NCBI GenBank assembly: GCA_048128005.1
Contig: JBEUKZ010000062.1
Span: forward strand, 62,001 to 126,000
Direction of reading: 5' to 3'
From: Veleropilina oligotropha
Taxonomy: Eukaryota
Length of the DNA: 64,000 nucleotides
Shown: positions 10,922 through 22,368 of the stretch, piece after piece
Layout: every line of letters begins with the position of its first letter
Position numbering within the stretch: position 1 is the stretch's first letter
Notes under the pieces: model-generated
Told to the model about the DNA's origin: nothing
Databases searched by the model: none
The model's input: only the letters and a program-made list of their open reading frames with translations
Translations under genes and position numbers: made by a program

Positions 10922-12050
10922 GTAAGTAATATAAGTGCAGCAGTCGTGAGCAAGCCATATCCGTGAGTAATATAAGCGCAGCAGTCATGAGCAGGCCTGG
11001 CCATATCCGTGAGTAATATAAGCGCAGCGGTCGTTTAGTAATATAAGCGCAGCAATGCAGGCCAGGCCATATACGTGAGTGATATAAACGCAGCAGTCGC
11101 GAGCAGGCCAGGCCATATACGTGAGTGATATAAGCGCATCAGTCGTGAGCAGGCCAGGCCATATCCGTGAGTAATATAAGCCCAGCAGGCTTGAGCAGCC
11201 AAACCACATCCGTGATTAACATATGCGCAGCAGTCGTGAGCAAGCCAGGCCATATCCGCGGGTAATATAAGCGCAGCAGTCGTGAGCAGGCCTGGCCATA
11301 TACGTGAGCAATATAAGCGCAGCGGTCGTGAGCAGGCCAGGCCATATCCGTGAGTAATATAAGCGCAGCAGTGGTGAGCAGGCCAGGCCATATCCGTGAG
11401 TGATATAAGCGCAGCAGTCGTGAGCAGGCCAGGCCATATCCGTGAGTAATATAAGCGCAGCGGTCGTTTAGTAATATAAGCGCAGCAATGCAGGCCAGGC
11501 CATATACGTGAGTGATATAAACGCAGCAGTCGCGAGCAGGCCAGGCCATATACGTGAGTGATATAAGCGCATCAGTCGTGAGCAGGCCAGGCCATATCCG
11601 TGAGTAATATAAGCCCAGCAGGCTTGAGCAGCCAAACCACATCCGTGATTAACATAAGCGCAGCAGTCGTGAGCAAGCCAGGCCATATCCGCGGGTAATA
11701 TGAGCGCAGCAGTCGTGAGCAGGCCTGGCCATATACGTGAGCAATATAAGCGCAGCGGTCGTGAGCAGGCCAGGCCATATCCGTGAGTAATATAAGCGCA
11801 GCAGTGGTGAGCAGGCCAGGCCATATCCGTGAGTGATATAAGCGCAGCAGTCGTGAGCAGGCCAGGCCATATCCGGAATAATATAAGCTCAGCAGTCGTG
11901 AGCAGGCCATATCCGTGAGTCATATAAGCGCAGCAGTCGTGATCAGGCCTTATCCGTGAGTAATATAAGCGCAGCAGTCGTGAGCAGGCCATATCCGTGA
12001 GTAATATAAGCGCAGCAGTCGTGAGCAATCCACATCCATATCCCTAAGTA
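10922..12050. repeat. Minisatellite, ~40-46 bp unit, with a 433-bp higher-order duplication
   Basis: GTGAGTAATATAAGCGCAGCAGTCGTGAGCAGGCCAGGCCATATCC units; the block at 11035 recurs at 11468. Confidence 0.9.
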
Positions 12051-12198
12051 GTCGTGAACACTTGTTATTACAAAATGACGTATAAATCAGCCTGGTGATT
12101 AAGATGCTGAACTTTTAAATAGACGTATAATTATTCAGAATATTTTCATAATTTCTAAATGTGTATTTCAAATAGTCAAGTACTGTTTTATTTTAATA

Positions 12199-12310
12199 TC
12201 TTATATATAAATACGCAGTTGCCGTTTATTGAAGCCGGCTTTTCTCCGCTGCCGCGCGACAGATCTTAGCAATCTTGGTTCCAAAATGAAGAGTGTGTCG
12301 AAAGGAAAAA
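12199..12310 (+). mobile_element. 5' part of a Helitron-like element (same family as 49334-49754)
   Basis: A|TCTTATATATAAATACGCAGTTGC shared with 49334; no matching 3' end seen. Confidence 0.5.
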
Positions 12311-12501
12311 AGTACATTTTGCATCTTTAATCTTATTCGCCCAGAACACGGGGGGAATGTCCAACCTTGGGTCATTCGGTGCAACTTCCATGAACTGGGC
12401 CAAATAGCGATCACGTGACTGTGGTATTATACCCCATTATTGACGACAGAGGGCGCAAATTGAGTTACGTTATCGCTAACGGGCGCATTACATTGTTGGT
12501 A

Positions 12502-12948
12502 TGTTACGCCTTGATGATTATTTCCTTGATATTGATATTAGCCCAGGCTATCGGTATGACGGTTGTGCGGATAACGCTGCTTATCGGCACGACGATAAGG
12601 TTGCTTATAATCGGAATGACAAATTTGGCAGCAAATTGCACGTATCGATTGGTAGACATTACGGCATATTAATGCAGCTGGCTTTTACAATTCAACGGTT
12701 GTTTGCCTGTTATTAGTGTTAATGATTTCATCCACTACAAATAATATATATTAACATGAATGGGGAGAGAGTATGTGTGCTGGACGGCCAATAGAATGCA
12801 CCGTCAGTGCACCGCGACAGCGAATCGAATGTGATTGTCAACACGTGCGATTCGGGCTGACATCTTGGATTGGAGGTTATGTAAATCACGTAGCCAATAA
12901 AGTCAGTCTCGTTTGTTATATGTCTTGTCGTCTAGTAAGAACATAACA
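12502..12948 (+). repeat. Putative 5' LTR of the Gypsy element (left boundary uncertain)
   Basis: AATAAA at ~12896; ends CA at 12948, directly followed by PBS-like TGGTGCTATAAGTGG; no second LTR to confirm the start. Confidence 0.4.
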
Positions 12949-12998
12949 TGGTGCTATAAGTGGAATGAAGATACACACGACACGCCGAAGCAGCCAGA

Positions 12999-15900
12999 AT
13001 GCCGAAATTTAATCCACCGGAACAGTTCAACTTCAGTTCGCCGAACGAGTGGCCAGAGTGGAAACAAAGATTTTCGCGATTTCCGATAGCGACGAAATTG
13101 AATAAAGAAGATGACGAAATTCAGGTCAGTTCCCTAATATACACTATGGGCAGACAGGCGGAATTCGTATTCACATCGTTCTCATTCGAAAACGAAGAAA
13201 TGCGCAATAATTTCGACGAGGTAATGAAAAAGTTTAATGAACACTTCATACCGCAACGAAATACGATTCACGAACGTGCTAAATTCCATCTAAGAATACA
13301 ACGACAGGGAGAAAATGTTGAGACATTTGTTAGAAGTTTGTACGAACTTTCAGAACATTGTCAATTTGGTGAAACCAAAGATGAAATGATTCGCGACCGT
13401 TTGGTGATTGGTCTTACAGACAAGTAATCATCGCAGAAGATGCAATTAGAACGTACATTAACCCTTGATGTAGCAATACAAATGGCTAGACAGTTTGAAA
13501 TGGTGAAGTCTCAAATTTCCAAGCAGCAGATAGTAGATGTTGAAGAAATTAAAAAGTACGGAAGACCCTATGTTCAAAAGAAAAAGTCATTTTCTCAAAG
13601 AAACTCAAGTCAGAAGACTAACGATTCAGCAAGAAGATCTGAATTCAAGGGAAAATGCAAACGCTGTAACAGATAACATGGCGATAGAGATGATTGTCCA
13701 GCCCAAGGCAAGAAGTGCTTAAAATGTCACAAAATAGGTCACTTCGAAGTTGTATGCAGATCCCCACGAGCAGTCCACGAAATTACTGCAGAGGAAGAAA
13801 ACTACTATCTTGGTTCGATTACTCGAGACAAATCTACCGTCGACATTCCATGGCAAGTGCAACTGAAGTTGTATGGAAAATTCATTGCTTTCAAAATCGA
13901 CACAGGAGCAGACATATCAGTGATATCAAAAGACACCTATCTTAGCTTGAATCGCCGACCACAACTGATACCACCGGATGCAGTCCTAATTAGTCCTGGA
14001 GGGAAACTGAAATGTATGGGATTCTTCTCGGCTAACGTTACTCACAAGAAGAAGACGTACGATGTTAAACTCTACATCGTGGAAGGATCCAATAACCTTC
14101 TTAGCCAGTCAGCAGCAACGATGATGGGGTTGGTTTTCCGCGTAGAAGAGGTCAATCAAAGCATATTCGGTGATTTTGGTCTTCTCGATTGTGAACCGGA
14201 GAAGATTACTCTCAGGGAGAATGCTGTTCCCTATGCTGTCCATACTTCAAGAAGAGTGCCATTTCCTATGCTACCCAAGGTAAAGGAAGAATTAATGCGC
14301 ATGCAAGAAGCGGGGATCATTGACGAGATCACTACTCCGACAGATTGGTGCGCTCCCATGGTACCGGTGATCAAGAAGAATGGAAGAATCAGGATATGCG
14401 TCGACCTCAAGAAACTGCATAATTCAGTGAAGCGAAAGAGATATCAACTACCTACCTTCGACGACCAAGCACCCAAGCTCGCTGGTTCCACGGTATTTTC
14501 CAAGCTAGATGCTTCAAGTGGATTCTACCAGATACCATTAGACGAGGCTAGCTCTCACTTTACCTGTTTCATCACACCATTTGGGCGATATTGCTTCAAG
14601 CGGGTTCCGTTTGGCATTACGTCGGCTCCAGAGATCTTCCAGCGGAAGATGAATGAAATGATGAAATGACTTGCCGGTGTAGAAGCTTTGATGGATGACA
14701 CGCTGATATACGACAGAACAGTTGAAGAACACGATCATCACTTTGATCAAGCTATCCGAGGAATTACAGATTCAGGAATGAAGCTGAATAAGAGCAAGTG
14801 CGAGATTCGCAGGAAACAGCTGAAGTACGTAGGACATCTGCTTGCAGCGAATTGAATTTCACCAGATCCTGATAAAGTGAAAGCCATTCTGGATCTACAA
14901 GCTCCAAGTAACGTCAGCGAAATACGACACGTAATGGGGATGGTGAACTACCTGGGAAGATACTTACCAGAATTGTCAACTGTGATGCATCCTATGTCGG
15001 ATTTTCTGAAGTCGGACACAGTCTGGAGTTGGGGTCCATCCCAAGAAGACTCTTTCAAGAAGATTAAAGAGATGATTACATCAGCGCCAGTCCTGGTCTT
15101 TTATGACCCGAAAAAAGAAACGACGGTGAGTGCTGATGCTACCAGCTATGGATTAGGAGCAGTACTGTAGCAGCAATATGAAGATAAACTCCTACCAGTG
15201 GCTTATTGCTCAAGAACACTAACGTCAGCAGAAACAAGGTATGCCCAAATTGAGAAAGTATGCCTTGCCGGTGTGTGGGCATGTGAACGTTTTTCTCAAT
15301 ACCTTGTTGGATTGGAATCTTTCCACCTATTGACGGATCATCGACCATTGGTGCCCTTGATCAACAGCTTCGATCTCGACGGAACACCTCTAAGATGCCA
15401 AAGACTACTAATGAGGCTCATGAGATTTAATGCGAAAGCGGAATATGTTCCAGGGAAGAAACTGGTTGTTGCAGACTACCTATCCAGAAAACGACTGCCG
15501 ACCACAGAAGAAGCGGACACAGAAGTTGCGATGTATGTCGAATGTGCCGAAGAATCAAGACCGATCCTCGATAAGATGTTACGACGGATCACGGATTCAA
15601 CTCTATCTGATGCAGAACTACAAGCAGCAGTTCATTTGACACGGAATGGATGGCCAGACCAGATGGCAAGCATTCCAGAAATAATTAAGAAGTTTCACAG
15701 TGTTCGAAGCGAATTATCTACGTCTAACGACTTGTTACTATTCCGAAACAGAATCGTCATACCTTCTTCCATGAGACACGACATTCTCAGAAAGCTGCAC
15801 GAAGGACATCAAGGTCTAACGAAGTGCCGAGGAAGAGCCAGCATGACGGTTTGGTGGCCAACGATCAATAAAGACATCCAAGAATAAATAGCCACATGTC

Positions 15901-16115
15901 AGTTTTGTCAGGAGAGCAAACCTGCACAAATGAAAGAACGTCTTGGGATCACATCCTTGCCCGAACGTCCTTGGCAGAAGATTCCAGCGGACTTATGTGA
16001 GCTGAATGGGAAACGATACTTGGTCATGATAGATTACTACTCAAGGTACATCGAGATCGCCTACCTCACAGACATGACAAGCAAGCAAGTAATCGGTCGG
16101 ATGAAGAGCATCTTC
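12999..16115 (+). pseudogene. Ty3/Gypsy gag-pol, 5' part (gag, protease, RT, RNase H, integrase N-terminus), multiple stops
   Basis: CLKCHKIGHFEVVC zinc knuckle, IDTGAD protease, RICVDL/PFGITSAPEIFQ/MDD RT motifs, [12 protein letters not shown]ase H, HEGHQG integrase zinc domain. Confidence 0.92.
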
Positions 16116-16311
16116 AGCAGCAGGGGGGGTCAGTAGACTTTTTAGAATGGAAAAATAAGGCTCCCAGCACTATTTCAGAACCGAGGTAGTGTAGTACGAG
16201 CCCCTAAGGTAGTTTAGACTAGGGGCCCGGGGCCTGCTGTGGAGGCTCCCAGCCGTATTCCAGACCCGAGGGTATAGCGTGTATTACAAAAAGTCACTGT
16301 GTGTACACAGC
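16116..16311 (+). repeat. Left TIR of copy B (196 bp)
   Basis: Reverse complement of 47627-47822 with ~4 mismatches. Confidence 0.95.
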
Positions 16312-16715
16312 GCTGTCCGAAAACCAGGTTAGCTTGTGAACAACGATAGAATCGATAGTCTATTCATAAGCTACCTGGTTGCCTAGTTACGTCGCCCGAC
16401 GAGTGAGTTGACCTAGTAGAAGCATGCCATATACAGTTACTCGTCGATGTAAATACAAGCTATTGTTGTCGAGGGAGTCACTCGACTGCAATACATTGCC
16501 CAGTATCAAATGAAGGTTGACTGGATACTGGCCACATTATAATCAAGGGACAGTTAACTGGACTAAGATCCGGGATTTGGTCGACTCCACACTATCCACA
16601 CAGTGTTGTAGGTTTCATTTTAATAAACGTAGTCTATGTTCAACGTTGTTGTGATTTAATATCCACGACATAACAGACGAGACACCACCGCTAAAGCCTG
16701 GCATGGGAACCGGAC

Positions 16716-16723
16716 TATATAAG
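16716..16723 (+). promoter_or_regulatory. Putative TATA box in the subterminal module
   Basis: GACTATATAAGAA conserved at 32448-32455 in copy C. Confidence 0.45.
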
Positions 16724-16871
16724 AAATGTCTCGCTTTACTATTTATGAGGCCCACGACGCAGATACCACACACTCTCCTCAGCATGCTTTCGAGTGTTTC
16801 GAATTCTGAGGGGGCTGGCCACGTGGCAGAAAATGCGTCGTGGTGGGTCGTGAAGATGGTGGCGCCACCAT

Positions 16872-17520
16872 AGGCCAAGAGAGGGTCGTGAAGACACCCC
16901 AGGCTACGGCTGAAATACAAGGGGGCTTCAAGAGGGTCGTGAAGAGGTTGGCCGAGAGAGGCCACCCACCCCAGGGCCAAGAGAGGGTCGTGAAGACACC
17001 CCAGGCTACGGCTGAAATACAAGGGGGCTTCAAGTGGGTCGTGAAGAGGTTGGCCGAGAGAGGCCACCCACCCCGGGGCCAAGAGAGGGTCGTGAGGGGG
17101 GTGGCCGAGGGTGGCCCGGGGGTGGGTGGCCGAGAGGGGCCCCGGGGGTGGGTGGCCGAGGGTGGGGGGCCTGGGGATGGGTTGCCGAGGGTGGCCCGGG
17201 CGTGGGTGGCCGAGAGTGGCCCGGGGGTGGGTGGCCGAGAGGGGCCTGGGTGGCCGGCCCCGGGGGTGGGTGGCCCGGGGGCGGACCGGGGGTGTCCCGG
17301 GGGTGGGTGGCCGAGAGGGGTCCCGGGGGTGGGTGGCCGAGGGTGGCCCAGAGGTGGGTGGCCGAGAGGGGTCCCGGGGGTGGGTGACCGAGGGGTGGGT
17401 GACCGAGGGTGGCCCGGGGGTGGGTGGCCGCGGCCCCGGGGGTGGGTGGCCCGGGGGTGGGTGGCCGAGAGGGGCCTCGGGGGAGGGTGGCCGAGAGAGG
17501 CCCCGGGGGTGGTTGGCCCT
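16872..17520. repeat. Two 102-bp repeats followed by a G-rich minisatellite (copy B)
   Basis: GAAGACACCCCAGGCTACGGCTGAAATACAAGGGGGCTTC core twice, then many GGGGGTGGGTGGCCGAG units. Confidence 0.9.
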
Positions 17521-17568
17521 GGGGAAGCCGAAAAATATGTTTTAAGGCGGGGAATCCCCGAGCAGAAG

Positions 17569-17985
17569 TTAGATGAATATGTAGTTGCCGCTGGCCAGTG
17601 TACAGTTGCAGGGCGAGATGTGCCCGATCTGATTCCACGAACCCCTGCAAGCCGTAGATAACATGGAGAAGTAATGCCCACGTTTACCGTGACATAAGGA
17701 CGGCTCAGCGCACTCAATACACACAACGATATTAGGATCTGGGCCACAATCATTCTCTCCATCGGTAATGAAATAGTGGCATGACGGTGCCCGCACTGGA
17801 GGTGGGTCTCGTAGCAAGTTTCTTCGCAAGTGATCGAATCGGGGGTTATAGCGGGGGTCGTTGCGGTACCTAGCCCACGTGTGTTCGAGAATTAATGCAG
17901 TGTCACGCGACGACGCCTGGGTGGTACCCCACGTGGCAAAGCACACTGCGGCAATACACAGTAGCATAGATTTCATGGATTTCAT
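17569..17985 (-). CDS. Cys-rich putative secreted protein (copy B)
   Basis: Homolog of 4569-5000. Confidence 0.75.
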   Translation of the reverse strand: MKSMKSMLLCIAAVCFATWGTTQASSRDTALILEHTWARYRNDPRYNPRFDHLRRNLLRDPPPVRAPSCHYFITDGENDCGPDPNIVVCIECAEPSLCHGKRGHYFSMLSTACRGSWNQIGHISPCNCTLASGNYIFI

Positions 17986-18071
17986 GGCTTGTCCAGATAT
18001 CACTGTCCAGTTCAAGCTTCAATATGGGGGAGGGGGGTCCCCCTCACCCACTCCACGATCGACCTGGATGG

Positions 18072-18707
18072 TTAGTCGCCAGCCCCGATTTTTTTCAGCA
18101 GCTCTGCGCGTCCCTCTTTCCGACCACGCTCAATTAGCTCACTCTGGATTTGTGAAACCGCGTTGTGCGCCTTTGTACTCTTGAGACGCAGTGCGGCTTT
18201 CAATGTCCGATACTTTTCCATCTCCCCTGTGACCAGTTGAAATTCATCATCAGACATCACCCCGTCCGCTAAGGCCTTTGAGACGTGGTCGGTTATGGTA
18301 TTCAGTTTGCTGTCGGCCAGTACTCGGATCTCGTCGTGCTTTTTAGCCTTCACCCCGAGGCGTCGGCTGATGTATTTTCCACCCATGCTAGCGAGCCCAC
18401 ACCCCAACGCCGCTAATTCCAGCACTAGGACGACCGGGGCGGCAACGATTGTGGAAAGTAGTCCAATTCCAGCACTACCCATACCAAGGGTGGCCACGAC
18501 CAGGGCCGAATCGATCCCGTCAATGATGTTAACGCCTCGGCGGTATTTTTTATATAGTGCAGCCCTTGTGTCTCTCTCTCGTTCTAGCTGTCCCTGAAGC
18601 TCATTCACTTTCTGTAGTCGGAAAGACTGTGCCTCTGGCAGTTCCGAAGGCACATCTCCATCAAGCTGTGGGTACAGCGTTGGCGCTGATGGCTTGCTGT
18701 CCATCAT
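18072..18707 (-). CDS. Hydrophobic-hairpin helical protein (copy B)
   Basis: Homolog of 3848-4483. Confidence 0.75.
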   Translation of the reverse strand: MMDSKPSAPTLYPQLDGDVPSELPEAQSFRLQKVNELQGQLERERDTRAALYKKYRRGVNIIDGIDSALVVATLGMGSAGIGLLSTIVAAPVVLVLELAALGCGLASMGGKYISRRLGVKAKKHDEIRVLADSKLNTITDHVSKALADGVMSDDEFQLVTGEMEKYRTLKAALRLKSTKAHNAVSQIQSELIERGRKEGRAELLKKIGAGD

Positions 18708-19051
18708 ACGTGGCTGTATTGTTCAGCCTGTTGATTCCCCATGTCTACCGTTACGTTCAAATACATGGTGCCCACCCACGGGGCCTTGATGATGAAGGCG
18801 AGGGTCAACCTGTCCGAATTCAGGCCAAGCGTACATATGGAACATGCTTTGGGGCCCCCGGCACGCTGGACCGGCGTCAGGTGGATCATTAGGAGGGCTG
18901 GGTTCAACCCGAACCGACCTCCAGTGTTTGGAATCGTGAACTCCCTCTTCGCCAGCCCCTTGGGCGCTTCCCCACAATTAAGAACGAAGTGCCACCGGGT
19001 CGGGGAAGAGGGCTCGTCTGCAAGCAGGGTCCCATAGATGCTGCTGCTCAT
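18704..19051 (-). CDS. Small hypothetical protein (copy B)
   Basis: Homolog of 3501-3851. Confidence 0.7.
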   Translation of the reverse strand: MSSSIYGTLLADEPSSPTRWHFVLNCGEAPKGLAKREFTIPNTGGRFGLNPALLMIHLTPVQRAGGPKACSICTLGLNSDRLTLAFIIKAPWVGTMYLNVTVDMGNQQAEQYSHV

Positions 19052-19788
19052 TATATCGCAAGGACTGCGGTAATGGGCATGCCGTGATTGTCGATCGGGT
19101 TACCATCTGCGTCTGTGATATACACCTTCAACTCGGTGATTAGACCGGCCTGTAGTCGCCGGCCGGCGGGATAGCTATGATAGTGGCCAGCCTCACCGAA
19201 CATCTGCGACATGATAGGGACCACCGCGAGAATATTACTCAGGGCGCCGTCTTTCACATTGTGTGTTGTACTGAGCTGATCCAGGTGAACGTGTAGGGTC
19301 GGCGCTATGGCAAACCTGACAGGCTTGTTCCCGTCATAAGTCCCAGGGTGTAGCCACTCGGATCTCTCCGGAGGGGGAGGTCGGCCCCCCTGTACTCCCC
19401 TCAGGGGTGGGTTCAGATTCCCCGACTTGTCCAGGATGAATGAAGACAGGTTTAATCCGAGGAGCTTCCTGATATCGTCGCTTATCGCGAGTCGGGTCCC
19501 CTCTGGGACCACGAGTCGCGCGAGTCCCGAAGCATGGCTTACATTTAGCTGTATGTTAACTAGCGACCTCTTCATCGTCTTGGCGAGGTCATTGAAGCTG
19601 TAGAAACCTGGCAGCACCTCAACCGTGGTATCGGGGGTCTTAAAGAAGGCTCCGGCGTGCACGTTGTGCCAGCCGACCCAATAGTCGAGCGACTGCAAAC
19701 TGACAGATAGATTGCCGTCCCGGTTATCAATCGGCTCCAGAAGGGCAACCGCGGTCCCCTCTTGAACACTCGTTAATGTGTGAAACAT
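19051..19788 (-). CDS. Putative penton/minor capsid protein (copy B)
   Basis: Homolog of 2764-3504, ATG at 19788. Confidence 0.65.
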   Translation of the reverse strand: MFHTLTSVQEGTAVALLEPIDNRDGNLSVSLQSLDYWVGWHNVHAGAFFKTPDTTVEVLPGFYSFNDLAKTMKRSLVNIQLNVSHASGLARLVVPEGTRLAISDDIRKLLGLNLSSFILDKSGNLNPPLRGVQGGRPPPPERSEWLHPGTYDGNKPVRFAIAPTLHVHLDQLSTTHNVKDGALSNILAVVPIMSQMFGEAGHYHSYPAGRRLQAGLITELKVYITDADGNPIDNHGMPITAVLAI

Positions 19789-19795
19789 AGTAGCT

Positions 19796-21064
19796 ATGGC
19801 TAAGAGCGCCTTTGTATTCAATAGGAGTGCGGCCTATCCGACCGGTGTGGTGTACCCAGCACAGATCAAAGATGAGCAGCTTACGAGACCAAGCATAAAT
19901 GTGGGTAATAGCTCAACCACTGCATTCGGGGCAGACTACCCCGACGTCTTTCAAAAATACCGCCTCCCTCACGTCGCGAGTGATCGAGTGATCCAGGCCT
20001 GGCACAGTACGCCGATGCGGTTCTGGCAGAACAAGGTAAACTTCGCCGTATGGTGTGCCACAACAGGTTCCGGGATCTCCTCAGAGGACCACTTGAATAC
20101 GACCGACCCCCTGACCAGAGCCGTATTCACCTTCCACGTCTACTATCAGGTCAGAAGGGTACTGACCGAAATTCAGGCGCCGCTGCCACAAGACCTAACG
20201 TGGGACGCCTTCGACACCCCGTATGACCGAAGGGCATATGAAAAGATCTGCAGCGAATTCGGAGTGTCACCACATACCGACTGGCGTGTCAAGGGTCCCA
20301 ATGGCGGACTAGGCATGGCTTACAGCTACTGGACGAACAATGGCTACCACTCCATAGGACGTGAGTATGATCCAAGCCGAATGTCCTTCACAAAAGGTAC
20401 GACCAACACGAATCTGCACGTGGACTACATTGCGCAAGCGCCTAGCCTTTCAAACGGCTGGGCTTCCTTTATTCTGGACAAGTCAGCGGGATTTACCCGG
20501 GCCGGCGTGGAGAGGCTCAATGACTCCATCAGGACCTACGTCTGGGCGATTCTTGGAGCGCAGGCTCAAACGCGTGCAGGCATTATCGGCACCGGTACGG
20601 CATTTGACGCACAGAAACAGTACCTGGCGAATGTGGAAGATGCCATCACATCCCCCGTTGACCTACCTGCAGCAATCAAACGGTACCAAGAGGTGCTCCA
20701 GTATGCGAGGTCCAAAGTGGACTTCGTATTCGGCGTTGGCCTGTACATGGCGCCAAGTGACATGCTTCTACGGATCGGGCAGGTGGCTGGTTATAACAAC
20801 GAGATCGTCGTCGCCACGGAAAACCAGACACTCGGTCTTAATACTACGGTCAACGCGGCCAGTGTGCCGCTCAACGCCACTGGGGGTACTGGAGAAACAG
20901 GATTGGTCATCCCACAAGACGCAGTCTTACGGGCAGATGCTCCGAAGCATCCAAACGATGAGCCGGCAGCTGTTCCAGCCGGGGTTGCCTCACATGACGA
21001 GGAGAAAACCGCACTCATCATGGGCGGCATCGTCGTTGGCCTAGCGTTCATCTGGCTTACGTGA
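19796..21064 (+). CDS. Conserved hypothetical protein with C-terminal TM (copy B)
   Basis: Homolog of 1461-2756. Confidence 0.8.
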   Translation: MAKSAFVFNRSAAYPTGVVYPAQIKDEQLTRPSINVGNSSTTAFGADYPDVFQKYRLPHVASDRVIQAWHSTPMRFWQNKVNFAVWCATTGSGISSEDHLNTTDPLTRAVFTFHVYYQVRRVLTEIQAPLPQDLTWDAFDTPYDRRAYEKICSEFGVSPHTDWRVKGPNGGLGMAYSYWTNNGYHSIGREYDPSRMSFTKGTTNTNLHVDYIAQAPSLSNGWASFILDKSAGFTRAGVERLNDSIRTYVWAILGAQAQTRAGIIGTGTAFDAQKQYLANVEDAITSPVDLPAAIKRYQEVLQYARSKVDFVFGVGLYMAPSDMLLRIGQVAGYNNEIVVATENQTLGLNTTVNAASVPLNATGGTGETGLVIPQDAVLRADAPKHPNDEPAAVPAGVASHDEEKTALIMGGIVVGLAFIWLT

Positions 21065-22326
21065 CCCACTGTCTAGCGGCAATAAGAAGCAAGCCCCCAA
21101 CAGATATAATCACAGCCCACAGGTTCTCGGCCAGCCACGACGCAGTCTTGCCGACCAGGTTGACTAGCCAGGAGACCAGGCTGCCAAGTATTCCTGGGAG
21201 TGCGGCTGCGGCCTTCCCTGCTAGTTTGCCCAGAATCCGACCCAGGTTCTGCAGCTGCTTTTTGACCCACTCCTTGACCCCCCCTGACCACTGGGAGGTG
21301 GTGGTGTTGGTGCGATGCTCGGCGCTCCGCCTGTCAGGGCTAGTACCAAAGTCGAGATAGCCAACCCAATAGCGGTCAGTATGGTTGCGATCGTGACCCC
21401 CTGTTCGCGGAACAGGGTCCGGATGCGCTCGGCCAGCGTGGTATCTGTGTGGAGTATCCGACTCAGCATCTCTCGGATCCGGCTGATTTGAGAGTGAAGG
21501 GCCTCCCGGCTGGATCCGGCTGCCTCTAGTCTGGCTGCTCTTTCATCATTCAAGTTGCGAAGACGTTCCGCGATTCGTCGACGAACGAACTCCTCGACAC
21601 CACCCTCTTCATCTGCCTGATCGAGCTGCCTCTTCTCCAGCTCTATGTGTTCGTCCAGCGCCGTTAGTTTGGCCAGGTTGTTAGTGAGCTCGCCTCGAAT
21701 GGTCTGCATCACCTTGTCCAGCCCACAAAGCTCACGAAGATTGAATGGAGGGGGGTCCCCCCCCCCCATAGAGTTCCTGAACTCTTTAACCTCGGCATAG
21801 GTGAACGTCGTCTCCATGTTGTGGATTGCTTCTGAGGCCTTTGTCGCGGTCTGCCCCAAGTCCCGCAGTTCCACATTGTCTACGTTGGCCGCTGCACCGC
21901 TCAACTCGTTGTCTGCAGTCTGAAATGCCGCAACCGCTTTTGAGGGCAGCTTTTGTCCCCCCCCCGCTTCCAGTGTACGAAGCCCAACCCATCTCTGATG
22001 GCACTACCCCCCTTACGCTGGCCAGCTATGGTTGCCAAAGCCTTGGGTTTACCGGTGCTAGAATTGATGAGATCGATGTGGGGCCAGGCTTTCATCTGCA
22101 GTCGCGCGTCCACGTAATCGAACCTGGAGTAATCACGCCCTGCGGCGGGGGTTTGCCCCTCTTTGGACAGGGCGTTGTAGTAGTCATCAACCGCTGTTTG
22201 AACAAGCTCTTGCCGCAGACCGCTGGTTCCTTCCTGTGGCGCCGCCACAATCCAGTCCGTGGATCCAACCTCACCATCATCGTCGATGATGTCGGGCTCG
22301 AATGTGGGGTTCTCAAATTCCGCCAT
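21057..22326 (-). pseudogene. Coiled-coil membrane protein, frameshifted (copy B)
   Basis: Homolog of 167-1468 split over several frames; shifts at G/C homopolymers near 21960 and 21280. Confidence 0.75.
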
Positions 22327-22368
22327 TTGAATACACCGGTGGGGTACGCATCTAATTCAGACAACAAC

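Noticed and set aside
10985..12028. Multiple minus-strand ORFs (also 8353-8856, 51625-52345, 55658-55916)
   Set aside because: They are translations of minisatellites.
16615..17762. Pro/Gly-rich ORFs on both strands
   Set aside because: They are by-products of a GC-rich minisatellite lacking stops and are not conserved in other copies.
21826..22368. 181-aa N-terminal extension of MCP (and 63 aa in copy C)
   Set aside because: It is antisense to the coiled-coil gene, starts at a non-ATG codon and differs between copies. The conserved ATG is at 22369/42264.
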